Shown: piece by piece, positions 55,542-64,000 of the stretch | Numbering within the stretch: the stretch's first letter is position 1 | Layout: every line of letters starts with the position of its first letter | Origin: Flavobacteriaceae bacterium | GTDB lineage: Bacteria; Bacteroidota; Bacteroidia; Flavobacteriales; Flavobacteriaceae | NCBI GenBank assembly: GCA_029243165.1 | Contig: JAQWSN010000006.1 | Location: forward strand, 46,083-110,082 | Length of the DNA stretch: 64,000 bases | Reading direction: 5' to 3' | The notes under the pieces: model-generated | Database searches by the model: none | What the model was told of the DNA's origin: nothing | Seen by the model: the letters and a program-made list of their open reading frames with translations, nothing else | Program-made: the position numbers and the translations under genes

Positions 55542-57998
55542 TTATCCTTTTCCAATTCTGATGATATCACCAAAAATACCTCCAGCGGTGACTTCTGCAC
55601 CTGCTCCAGCACCTTTGACAATAAGCGGTTGATTTTTATACCGATTGGTGTAAAATAAAATAATATTGTCACTTCCTTCCAGATTAAAAAAATCATGCGA
55701 AGGATCAATTTCTTGAAGTCCCACACTGGCTTTTCCTGATTCTAATTGCGCGACATATTTAAGTCTGCAATTTTTATCGTTTGCCCTTTTAAGAATGGAT
55801 TGGAAATGATTTTCATGTTTTTTTAGTGCTGCAAAAAAGGCTTCATTATTTGTGGTTTCCAAAACTTCATTTGGGAGAAAGGAATTGTTTTCAATAGCTT
55901 CTAGATCTAGTTCTAATCCGCTCTCACGGGCAAGAATTAAAATTTTTCTTGCTACGTCAACACCACTTAAATCAATCTTAGGATCGGGTTCTGTAAATCC
56001 TTCTTTTTGCGCGTTTAAAACAACACTTTCAAAGCTGGTTTCTAAAGTAAAATTATTAAATACAAAATTTAAACTTCCCGAAAGAATTGCTTGTATTTTA
56101 TGAATTTCATCACCTGAAGCAATAAGATTATTTAAGGTATCGATTACAGGAAGTCCAGCGCCTACATTGGTTTCAAAAAGAAAAGGAGTACTGAATTTCC
56201 TTGCTGTTTTTTTAAGTTCTTTGTAGTTGCTAAGTGTACTGGCGCATGCTATTTTATTGCAGGTAACCACTCCAATATTGTGTTCTAAAAAACGATTGTA
56301 TTCGCTTGCAATCTCTTCATTAGCTGTATTGTCAACAAAAATACTGTTTCTTAAATTCAAGTTCTTGATATGTTCAAAAAAGTGTTCTCTATCAGCATCA
56401 ACAGAACTTGAATGAAGTTTCTCTTCCCATGTGTCTAAATCTAATGGAGCGTTGCCCAGTATCATTTTTCTGGAGTTGGAGAGTGCTATGACACGAACTT
56501 TTAAGCGAAGGTTTTCAAGCAAATAGTTCTGTTGTTGGTTGATTTGCTCTAAGAGCTTGCTTCCAACATTGCCTACTCCTGTAACAAATAAGTTTAATTC
56601 TTTGGTTTGTGTTTCGAAAAAGCTTTCGTGTATTGTATTTAACGCTTTTTGAGTATTTCTTTCATCAATAATAATAGAGATATTTCGCTCTGAGGCTCCT
56701 TGAGCGATAGCTCTTATGTTGATGTTGTTCGCTCCTAAACTGCTGAAAAGTTTCCCGCTAATTCCTTGGTGTTTTTTCATATGATCTCCCACAACAGCAA
56801 TATTGGTCATATTCAATTCTACTTTTGCAGGATCGACACGTGATAAACTGATTTCAAATTCAAACTGCGAATCAATTGCTTTTTTGGCTTCAGCAGCGTC
56901 TTCCATTCGAACTCCGATACAAATAGAATGTTCTGATGAGGCCTGAGTAATCATGATGATGTTGATTTGTTTGAGAGATAAACATTCAAACAAGCGTTTA
57001 GAAAATCCAGGGATACCGATCATGCCACTACCTTCAAGATTAATGAGGGCAACTTTTTCAATATGACTTACACCTTTGACTACTGTTCCATTTCCACCTT
57101 CACTCGTTCCGCTTTTATCAATTCGAGTTCCTTCAGCTTCCGGATCAAAAGTGTTTTTAATCACGAGAGGAATTTCTTTTTCTATTAGGGGTTGCAGTGT
57201 AGGAGGGTAAATTACTTTAGCACCAAAATGGGATAACTCCATGGCTTCATGATAAGAAAGTCTAGGAATAGGAAGTGCTTGAGAGACTAAGTTGGGATGC
57301 GCTGTGTACATTCCGCTGACGTCCGTCCAAATTTCCAGTAGGGAAACATTCAAATAGCTTGCAATTAGAGAGGCAGTAAAATCCGACCCTCCTCTTCCCA
57401 AGGTTGTGATTTTCCCGTCTTGATCACTAGCAATAAAACCTGGAATTAAAATGATCTTCGATGAATTATTAGAAACAAAATCAACACAAGCTTCTTTACT
57501 TTTAGTGTGATTAACGACCTCACGATCGTTCAGTTCGTGGGTAAAAAGAAGCTCACGAGAATCTTTTAGCTCAATATCAAGTCCCTGATGTTTGAGTATG
57601 TAATAGATGATTTTACTTGAAAGTATTTCACCATAACTAGAAACTTTAGCCAAACTTTTAGGGGTAAGCTCTCTTAAAGTGTACAGGGATTCAATAAGTT
57701 CTTCAAGCTTGTTTAGTTGTGATTTTAAATAGCTTACAACTTCGCTCTGATGGGTTAGTGGGATAAAATGAAGAATGGGATTGAGATGACGTTTTTCAAT
57801 TGCTTCAAGGGTTTCTTGAAAATCAGTTTTGCCAGAACTTGCATTTTCAGCCATCTGAATCAATAGATTCGTTATTCCACCAAGAGCTGAAACAACAACT
57901 AGACTCTGTTGATCACTTGATTTTTTTACAATATCTAAAACATGAGTTAGGCTCTGTGAGTCAGCCACCGAAGTCCCTCCAAACTTTAAAACTTTCAT
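55542..57998 (-). CDS. thrA: bifunctional aspartokinase I / homoserine dehydrogenase I
   Basis: Track ORF starts at 58058; I prefer ATG 57998 (MKVLKFGGTSV). ACT region, and NAD motif VTGVGNVGS in the homoserine dehydrogenase half. Confidence 0.93.
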   Translation of the reverse strand: MKVLKFGGTSVADSQSLTHVLDIVKKSSDQQSLVVVSALGGITNLLIQMAENASSGKTDFQETLEAIEKRHLNPILHFIPLTHQSEVVSYLKSQLNKLEELIESLYTLRELTPKSLAKVSSYGEILSSKIIYYILKHQGLDIELKDSRELLFTHELNDREVVNHTKSKEACVDFVSNNSSKIILIPGFIASDQDGKITTLGRGGSDFTASLIASYLNVSLLEIWTDVSGMYTAHPNLVSQALPIPRLSYHEAMELSHFGAKVIYPPTLQPLIEKEIPLVIKNTFDPEAEGTRIDKSGTSEGGNGTVVKGVSHIEKVALINLEGSGMIGIPGFSKRLFECLSLKQINIIMITQASSEHSICIGVRMEDAAEAKKAIDSQFEFEISLSRVDPAKVELNMTNIAVVGDHMKKHQGISGKLFSSLGANNINIRAIAQGASERNISIIIDERNTQKALNTIHESFFETQTKELNLFVTGVGNVGSKLLEQINQQQNYLLENLRLKVRVIALSNSRKMILGNAPLDLDTWEEKLHSSSVDADREHFFEHIKNLNLRNSIFVDNTANEEIASEYNRFLEHNIGVVTCNKIACASTLSNYKELKKTARKFSTPFLFETNVGAGLPVIDTLNNLIASGDEIHKIQAILSGSLNFVFNNFTLETSFESVVLNAQKEGFTEPDPKIDLSGVDVARKILILARESGLELDLEAIENNSFLPNEVLETTNNEAFFAALKKHENHFQSILKRANDKNCRLKYVAQLESGKASVGLQEIDPSHDFFNLEGSDNIILFYTNRYKNQPLIVKGAGAGAEVTAGGIFGDIIRIGKG

Positions 57999-58153
57999 AC
58001 AATTAATTTCACCCGAGATAAAATGAACCCTTAGCCGTGTTCTTTTAAAACAGCCCAAAAATAGTACTATTTGATTAGCAGAGAAAACAAATGCACAATA
58101 AAAAAGAAGTTATCCCTTAGTAGGAAACGTCTTTTTTTAAAAGGAAATATGTT

Positions 58154-60703
58154 TTAGGAAGAAGCTTCGGTTTTTTGATTGATTTCAAGTTCTAATGCTT
58201 TCTCCTTTTCATTACGATTGACTACAATTTCGTCTCCTTCTTTAATCGTGTTGTTAACAACGTGTTCTGCAATGAGATCTTCAACGTGTTTTTGAATCGC
58301 TCTGTTGAGTGGTCTAGCACCGTATTTACTATCAAAACCTTCTTCAGAAAGGAAATCTTTTGCGTCTTCTGAAATATCAATTTGATACCCCAATTTTTGA
58401 ATTCTCAAAATGAGATCTTTCAGTTCAATATCGACAATTTTACGAATGTCTTTTTGGTCTAATGAATTGAAAATGACGATATCATCAATTCTATTGAGAA
58501 ATTCTGGAGAAAAAGTTTTTTTCAATTCTTTTTCGATTACTCCCTTTTCAATATCTGATGTTTGTGCCTTTTGAGCTGCAGTTTCGAATCCAAGTCCTCT
58601 ACCAAAATCTTTAACTTGACGTGCACCAATATTGGAAGTCATGATAATGATGGTGTTTTGAAAGTTGACTTTTCGTCCGAGACTATCTGTTAAAAACCCA
58701 TCGTCAAGTACCTGAAGTAACATGTTGAAAATATCGGGATGAGCTTTTTCTACTTCGTCAAGTAAAATGACTGAGTACGGACGCTGTCTTACTTTTTCAC
58801 TCAATTGACCACCTTCTTCATAGCCAACATAGCCAGGGGGTGCTCCTATCAATCTTGAGATGGCAAATTTTTCCATGTATTCGCTCATGTCAATACGGAT
58901 TAAATTTTCTTCAGAATCAAAAATTTCTGATGCCAGGATTTTAGCAAGTTGTGTTTTACCAACTCCAGTTTGTCCTAAAAAGATAAAGGAACCAATGGGT
59001 TTGTCAGGCGCTTTTAAGCCCGCACGGTTTCTTTGAATGGCCTTAACTACCTTTTCTATGGCATCTTTCTGTCCGATAAGTTTCTCTCCAATGACATTTG
59101 AAAGTTTGGATAATTTATTTTTTTCAGACTTAACAATTTTATTCACCGGGATATTGGTCATCATGGATACTACATCAGCAATATCATTTTCGTTTACAGT
59201 AACCCGATTAATTTTAGAGTCTTCTTGCCAGCGTTCTTGTGCTTCAATAAGGGAACGTTCCACTCTTTTTTCATCATCTCGAAGCTTGGCAGCCTCTTCA
59301 TACTTTTGTTTTTTAACCACTGAGTTTTTAAGATCGCGTACTTGATCTAACTGTGCTTCTAAGTCCACAACTTCTTGTGGGACACTCATATTGTTGATAT
59401 GAACTCTGGAACCTGCTTCATCTAAAGCATCAATTGCTTTGTCCGGAAGAAAACGACTGGACATGTAACGATCTGTTAGATCTACACAGGCTTTTAGTGC
59501 GTCATCAGTGTAATTGACATTATGATGATTTTCATAACGTTCTTTAATGTTAACAAGAATTTCAAGTGTTTCTTCTGGATTGGTTTGTTCCACTAAAACT
59601 TTTTGAAATCTTCGTTCCAAAGCTCCATCTTTTTCAATGTGTTGTCTGTATTCATCAAGTGTAGTTGCCCCAATACATTGAATCTCACCTCGAGCTAATG
59701 CTGGTTTGAACATGTTTGATGCATCTAAACTCCCTGTAGCGCCACCTGCACCTACTATGGTATGGATTTCGTCAATAAAGAGAATGATGTCGTCATTTTT
59801 TTCTAATTCATTCATCACAGCCTTCATGCGTTCTTCGAACTGTCCTCTGTATTTGGTACCTGCCACCAAACTAGCTAAGTCAAGGGTGATAACTCTTTTA
59901 TTGTACAAAACACGAGAAACTCTTTTCTGAACGATTCTCAAAGCCAATCCCTCTGCAATTGCGGACTTACCAACTCCAGGTTCTCCAATAAGAAGGGGAT
60001 TGTTCTTTTTACGACGACTTAGGATTTGAGAAACACGTTCAATTTCTTTTTCTCTACCTACGACGGGATCCAGTTTTTCTTGTTCTGCAAGACCAGTAAC
60101 ATCTCTTCCAAAATTGTCTAATACAGGTGTTTTTGTTTTTTTAGATCCTTTGGACTCTGAGGTTGGAATGAAAGGGTTTTCTTTACCCTCTCCTTCGTTT
60201 TCTTTTTCATCGGAAAAAGAAGCTGAAGTGGGTAGCTCCTCATATGAGTCAGCGTCATTAGCAAGCATGAGTTTAAACTGCTCTTTTACAATATCGTAAT
60301 CAATATTTTGTTGTGAGAGTAATTTGGTTGTAGGATCATTCTCATTTCGAAGTATGCAGAGAAGCAAATGGACCGTATTGATGAGTTCACTTTGAAAAAG
60401 TTTTGCTTCTAAAAAAGTTGTTTTTAGTGCTCTTTCAGCTTGTCGTGTTAAGTGAAGGTTTTTTTTATCGTTGAGGGCTTGGGAGTTTTCTAAAGTTGCT
60501 GGGTTCAGAATCTCAACTTTACGTCTTAATTCTTCCAAATTTACTTCGATAGCATTCAAAATTGTGATCGCTTTACCTCCTCCATCTCTTAAAATACCTA
60601 GCATTAAGTGTTCCGTCCCAATAAAGTTGTGACCCAAACGAAGAGCTTCTTCTTTACTAAAGGCGATTACATCCTTTACGCGAGGTGAAAAATTATCATC
60701 CAT
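58154..60703 (-). CDS. clpC: ATP-dependent Clp protease ATP-binding subunit, ClpC type
   Basis: 849 aa. Clp_N repeats, Walker [10 protein letters not shown] and GQTGVGKTQ, and a UVR-like linker [14 protein letters not shown]. Confidence 0.88.
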   Translation of the reverse strand: MDDNFSPRVKDVIAFSKEEALRLGHNFIGTEHLMLGILRDGGGKAITILNAIEVNLEELRRKVEILNPATLENSQALNDKKNLHLTRQAERALKTTFLEAKLFQSELINTVHLLLCILRNENDPTTKLLSQQNIDYDIVKEQFKLMLANDADSYEELPTSASFSDEKENEGEGKENPFIPTSESKGSKKTKTPVLDNFGRDVTGLAEQEKLDPVVGREKEIERVSQILSRRKKNNPLLIGEPGVGKSAIAEGLALRIVQKRVSRVLYNKRVITLDLASLVAGTKYRGQFEERMKAVMNELEKNDDIILFIDEIHTIVGAGGATGSLDASNMFKPALARGEIQCIGATTLDEYRQHIEKDGALERRFQKVLVEQTNPEETLEILVNIKERYENHHNVNYTDDALKACVDLTDRYMSSRFLPDKAIDALDEAGSRVHINNMSVPQEVVDLEAQLDQVRDLKNSVVKKQKYEEAAKLRDDEKRVERSLIEAQERWQEDSKINRVTVNENDIADVVSMMTNIPVNKIVKSEKNKLSKLSNVIGEKLIGQKDAIEKVVKAIQRNRAGLKAPDKPIGSFIFLGQTGVGKTQLAKILASEIFDSEENLIRIDMSEYMEKFAISRLIGAPPGYVGYEEGGQLSEKVRQRPYSVILLDEVEKAHPDIFNMLLQVLDDGFLTDSLGRKVNFQNTIIIMTSNIGARQVKDFGRGLGFETAAQKAQTSDIEKGVIEKELKKTFSPEFLNRIDDIVIFNSLDQKDIRKIVDIELKDLILRIQKLGYQIDISEDAKDFLSEEGFDSKYGARPLNRAIQKHVEDLIAEHVVNNTIKEGDEIVVNRNEKEKALELEINQKTEASS

Positions 60704-60838
60704 AGCTTTCTATTTTGTGTTTGTCGAGCAAAAAACAGACCAGAGTTCTCTACACATTGCTAATAGACAAAAAAATATCAATATTTCAAAAATTGAAGAC
60801 CTATTATTTATAACAAATTTTGATCGGTTTAATGTTAA

Positions 60839-60846
60839 TAATTTTG
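60839..60846 (+). promoter_or_regulatory. candidate -7 box (TAATTTTG) upstream of gyrA
   Basis: Exact TAnnTTTG match 72 nt before ATG 60918. The nearest TTTG (60819..60822) is only 16 nt away, so the spacing is not ideal. Confidence 0.3.
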
Positions 60847-60917
60847 CTAATTCTCCATTAATTTATCGCCTATTTTCAGGGCTTATTCCTTATTTTAGCC
60901 ACTAATAAATTTAAACT

Positions 60918-63413
60918 ATGAGCGAAGCAGATAAAGTCATTCCGATTAACATCGAGGATGAAATGAAGTCAGCCTACATTGATTACTCTATGTCTGTCAT
61001 TGTGTCACGTGCATTACCCGACGTACGCGATGGATTAAAACCAGTGCACCGTAGAGTGCTTTTCGGAATGCACGAATTGGGAATTCGTTCAAACACAGCC
61101 TATAAAAAGTCGGCTCGTATTGTGGGAGAAGTATTGGGGAAATACCATCCACATGGAGACAGTTCGGTTTATGATACGATGGTGCGGATGGCACAGGAGT
61201 GGAGTTTAAGATACTTATTGGTAGATGGGCAAGGTAATTTTGGATCTGTAGATGGAGATAGTCCTGCTGCTATGCGATATACCGAAGCTAGAATGCGTAA
61301 AATGTCTGAAGATTTAATGGCAGATATCGACAAAGAAACAGTTGATCTCCAATTAAATTTTGATGATACGCTTAAAGAGCCAACGGTTCTCCCTACTAGG
61401 GTACCTAATCTCTTGATTAACGGCGCTTCGGGAATTGCTGTTGGGATGGCGACCAACATGCCTCCTCATAACTTAACCGAAGTGGTTGATGGTACGATTC
61501 AGTACATTGACAATAACGAGATTACAATTGAAGAACTGATCAAAACAATAAAAGCTCCCGATTTTCCTACAGGTGGAATCATCTATGGATATGAAGGAGT
61601 ACGAGAAGCTTTTCTAACAGGAAGAGGGCGAATTGTAATGCGAGCGAAAGCTGTCATTGAAGAAGTTAACGGAAGAGAGTGTATTATTGTAACTGAGATT
61701 CCTTATCAGGTTAATAAAGCTGAAATGATTCGTAAAACAGCGGAATTAGTTAATGATAAGAAACTGGAAGGCATTAGTAATATTCGCGACGAGTCAGACA
61801 GAAATGGAATGCGAGTTGTTTATATTTTGAAACGTGACGCCATACCGAACATCGTACTAAATAAACTTTACAAATACACCGCTTTACAATCCTCTTTTAG
61901 TGTTAACAATATTGCATTGGTCAACGGAAGACCTCAAATGTTGAATCTCAAAGAGATGATTCATTATTTTGTTGAACATCGCCACGATGTTGTCGTTCGA
62001 AGAACAACTTATGAACTGAGAAAAGCCGAAGAACGAGCTCATATTTTAGAAGGACTCATTATTGCTTCAGATAATATTGACGAAGTAATTGCTATCATAA
62101 GAGCATCAGAAAATGCAGATGCAGCTCGAGCAAATTTGATAAAGCGATTTGAACTTTCTGATGTCCAAGCCAAGGCTATTGTTGAAATGCGATTGCGCCA
62201 ATTAACAGGTCTCGAACAAGATAAATTGCGTTCTGAATATGAAGAACTCATGAAGACCATTGCTGATCTTAAGGACATTTTAGACAAGAAAGATCGAAGA
62301 ATGGAAATCATTAAGGATGAATTGTTGGAGGTTCAAAGTAAATATGGTGACGAACGAAGATCTTCAATTGAATACGCAGGAGGCGATCTTAGCATAGAAG
62401 ACATGATTCCAGATGAAAAAGTTGTAATTACTATTTCTCATGCTGGTTACATCAAGCGCACGCCTTTGGCGGAGTACAAGACCCAGAATAGGGGAGGTGT
62501 AGGACAAAAGGCTTCCACAACCCGAGACGAAGACTTTTTGCAAGACTTATTCGTAGGAACCAACCATCAATACATGCTCTTTTTTACTCAAAAAGGGAAA
62601 TGTTTTTGGATGCGGGTTTACGAAATTCCAGAAGGATCTAAAACAGCAAAAGGTCGTGCAATTCAAAACCTGATCAATATTGAGCAAGATGACAAGGTTA
62701 TGGCTTTTATTTGTACTCAGGATTTAAAAGACGAGGATTACATCAACAGTCATTATGTCATTATGGCAACCAAGAAGGGACAAGTCAAAAAAACTTCATT
62801 GGAACAATACTCTAGACCTCGAGCAAATGGAATTAATGCCATTACCATTCGTGAAGAAGATGAATTGCTCGAAGCAAAGTTAACTAACGGAAACTCCCAT
62901 GTAATTCTTGCAGTTAAGTCAGGTAAAGCCATTCGATTTGAAGAAAGTAAAACCAGACCCATGGGCCGAGGTGCATCAGGAGTTAGAGGGATTACGCTGG
63001 CAAATGAATCCGATGAAGTGATAGGTATGGTTTCAGTAAATGATATGGATGCCAACATACTTGTAGTTTCTGAAAACGGTTATGGCAAACGGTCTAGTCT
63101 TGAAGATTATCGTGTAACGAATCGAGGAGGGAAAGGTGTAAAAACCATTTCAATTACCGAGAAAACTGGGAGATTGGTTTCTATTAAAACAGTAAGTGAT
63201 CTTGATGACTTGATGATCATTAATAAATCAGGTATTGCGATTCGTATGGAAGTAGCTGCTCTTAGAGTCATGGGAAGAGCTACGCAAGGAGTTCGACTTA
63301 TCAACCTCAAGGGAGACGATACTATTGCAGCTGTTGCAAAAGTGATGAAAGATGAAGAAACCATTGAAGATGTAAATGATCTTGATGTAAACGATGGCAC
63401 TATTATTGAATAA
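60918..63413 (+). CDS. gyrA: DNA gyrase subunit A
   Basis: 831 aa. [16 protein letters not shown], active-site Tyr context [10 protein letters not shown], and C-terminal beta-pinwheel repeats. Confidence 0.97.
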   Translation: MSEADKVIPINIEDEMKSAYIDYSMSVIVSRALPDVRDGLKPVHRRVLFGMHELGIRSNTAYKKSARIVGEVLGKYHPHGDSSVYDTMVRMAQEWSLRYLLVDGQGNFGSVDGDSPAAMRYTEARMRKMSEDLMADIDKETVDLQLNFDDTLKEPTVLPTRVPNLLINGASGIAVGMATNMPPHNLTEVVDGTIQYIDNNEITIEELIKTIKAPDFPTGGIIYGYEGVREAFLTGRGRIVMRAKAVIEEVNGRECIIVTEIPYQVNKAEMIRKTAELVNDKKLEGISNIRDESDRNGMRVVYILKRDAIPNIVLNKLYKYTALQSSFSVNNIALVNGRPQMLNLKEMIHYFVEHRHDVVVRRTTYELRKAEERAHILEGLIIASDNIDEVIAIIRASENADAARANLIKRFELSDVQAKAIVEMRLRQLTGLEQDKLRSEYEELMKTIADLKDILDKKDRRMEIIKDELLEVQSKYGDERRSSIEYAGGDLSIEDMIPDEKVVITISHAGYIKRTPLAEYKTQNRGGVGQKASTTRDEDFLQDLFVGTNHQYMLFFTQKGKCFWMRVYEIPEGSKTAKGRAIQNLINIEQDDKVMAFICTQDLKDEDYINSHYVIMATKKGQVKKTSLEQYSRPRANGINAITIREEDELLEAKLTNGNSHVILAVKSGKAIRFEESKTRPMGRGASGVRGITLANESDEVIGMVSVNDMDANILVVSENGYGKRSSLEDYRVTNRGGKGVKTISITEKTGRLVSIKTVSDLDDLMIINKSGIAIRMEVAALRVMGRATQGVRLINLKGDDTIAAVAKVMKDEETIEDVNDLDVNDGTIIE

Positions 63414-63444
63414 CCTAATAAAACAAACCTTTTATAATTTAACA

Positions 63445-64000
63445 ATGAAAACACTTTTACCTTTACTTTTTAGTTTGTTTCTGACCTTCTCTTTTGCTCA
63501 GAAAAAGGAAATTAAAAAGGCGATCAAATTATTTGATTCAGGAGATGTGCAGGGAGCTACTGCCATGTTAGAATCTAGTGCAGCTCTTTTTGATGCAGCT
63601 GATCAAAAAATCTTAAATCAAAAAACCTACTTAGAAGGACAAATTGCTCAATCCAATAAAGATTTTAATCTAGCTTACGAAAAGTTCATAGCATTTAAAG
63701 ATGCTGGTGGAGCCAATCCCAACTTTGACACCCAGTTAAATTCTTTAACATCAGATATTGTAAATGAAGCCATAGGGGATAATGAAGAAAAGCGTTTTGC
63801 TGTAGCAGCTGGAAAACTTCATCTCGCATATCAGATCAATCCTGAAGGCAATCAAGATTACCTTTACTATGCCGCTTCAAGTGCAGTAAATGGATCAAAT
63901 TTTGAACTAGCTTTGGAATATTACGATGAACTTAAAAAAATCAAGTACACTGGAATTACAACTCAATATTTTGCAATATCTGCCGATTCAGGTGAAGAGG
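63445..64000 (+). CDS. exported TPR-like repeat protein, N-terminal part (runs off window end)
   Basis: Own translation from ATG 63445: MKTLLPLLFSLFLTFSFAQKKEIKKAIKLFDSGD.., with helical repeats (..ALEYYDELKKI..). Not in the track because it is truncated. Confidence 0.5.
   Translation, partial: MKTLLPLLFSLFLTFSFAQKKEIKKAIKLFDSGDVQGATAMLESSAALFDAADQKILNQKTYLEGQIAQSNKDFNLAYEKFIAFKDAGGANPNFDTQLNSLTSDIVNEAIGDNEEKRFAVAAGKLHLAYQINPEGNQDYLYYAASSAVNGSNFELALEYYDELKKIKYTGITTQYFAISADSGEE

Noticed and set aside
57999-58153. 155-nt leader upstream of thrA, examined for a thr leader peptide/attenuator or a SAM or lysine riboswitch
   Set aside because: There is no Thr/Ile-rich mini-ORF, no hairpin plus U-run, and no conserved riboswitch core that I could recognise by eye. 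It is left unannotated.
59037-63454. Multiple 60-115-aa ORFs antisense to clpC and gyrA
   Set aside because: They overlap highly conserved genes on the opposite strand. Their Ser/Leu-rich composition is typical of shadow ORFs.
1-64000. Search for CRISPR arrays, IS elements or transposases, integrases, tRNA or rRNA genes, and toxin-antitoxin or restriction-type defence genes
   Set aside because: I saw no spaced direct repeats, no terminal inverted repeats flanking an ORF, and no recombinase or nuclease motifs. I also saw no cloverleaf-like GGTTCGA-type T-arms in the intergenic gaps. The window looks like core genome.

Overview
AT-rich, very tightly packed chromosomal segment that looks like core genome of a Bacteroidota (Flavobacteriia-like) organism. 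That assignment is an inference from gene families (fused CcsBA, DUF3822-like, GIN/DUF4097 beta-helix proteins, large PIG-L deacetylase), TAnnTTTG promoter boxes and the lack of Shine-Dalgarno sequences. I call about 62 protein genes plus one ncRNA (RNase P RNA). Housekeeping loci include gyrA, clpC, thrABC, gcvT, lon, cmk, rpsA, pyrR-pyrB, rnz, pdxH, ppk-ppx, miaE, dnaX, rsmD, lpdA, two msrB, maf, kdsC and ccsBA. I see no transposase, integrase, CRISPR array, tRNA or rRNA, and no obvious defence island. Points worth a second look: (1) dnaX is broken at an in-frame A_AAA_AAG heptamer inside an A10 run, so the tau-length protein needs a -1 shift or a +1A transcript. (2) ppx, 2 kb away, is broken the same way at an A8 run. 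(3) The RNase P RNA is only about 290 nt. (4) There are two paralogous ECF sigma / anti-sigma / beta-helix (GIN, DUF4097) operons. (5) S1 carries a roughly 105-codon histone-H1-like N-terminal extension. (6) Five of the six convergent CDS pairs share overlapping stop codons (TTAA or CTAA). (7) pdxH, a SixA-like phosphatase gene, ppk1 and ppx form a translationally coupled chain. All product calls rest on motif recognition by eye; no database search was run.
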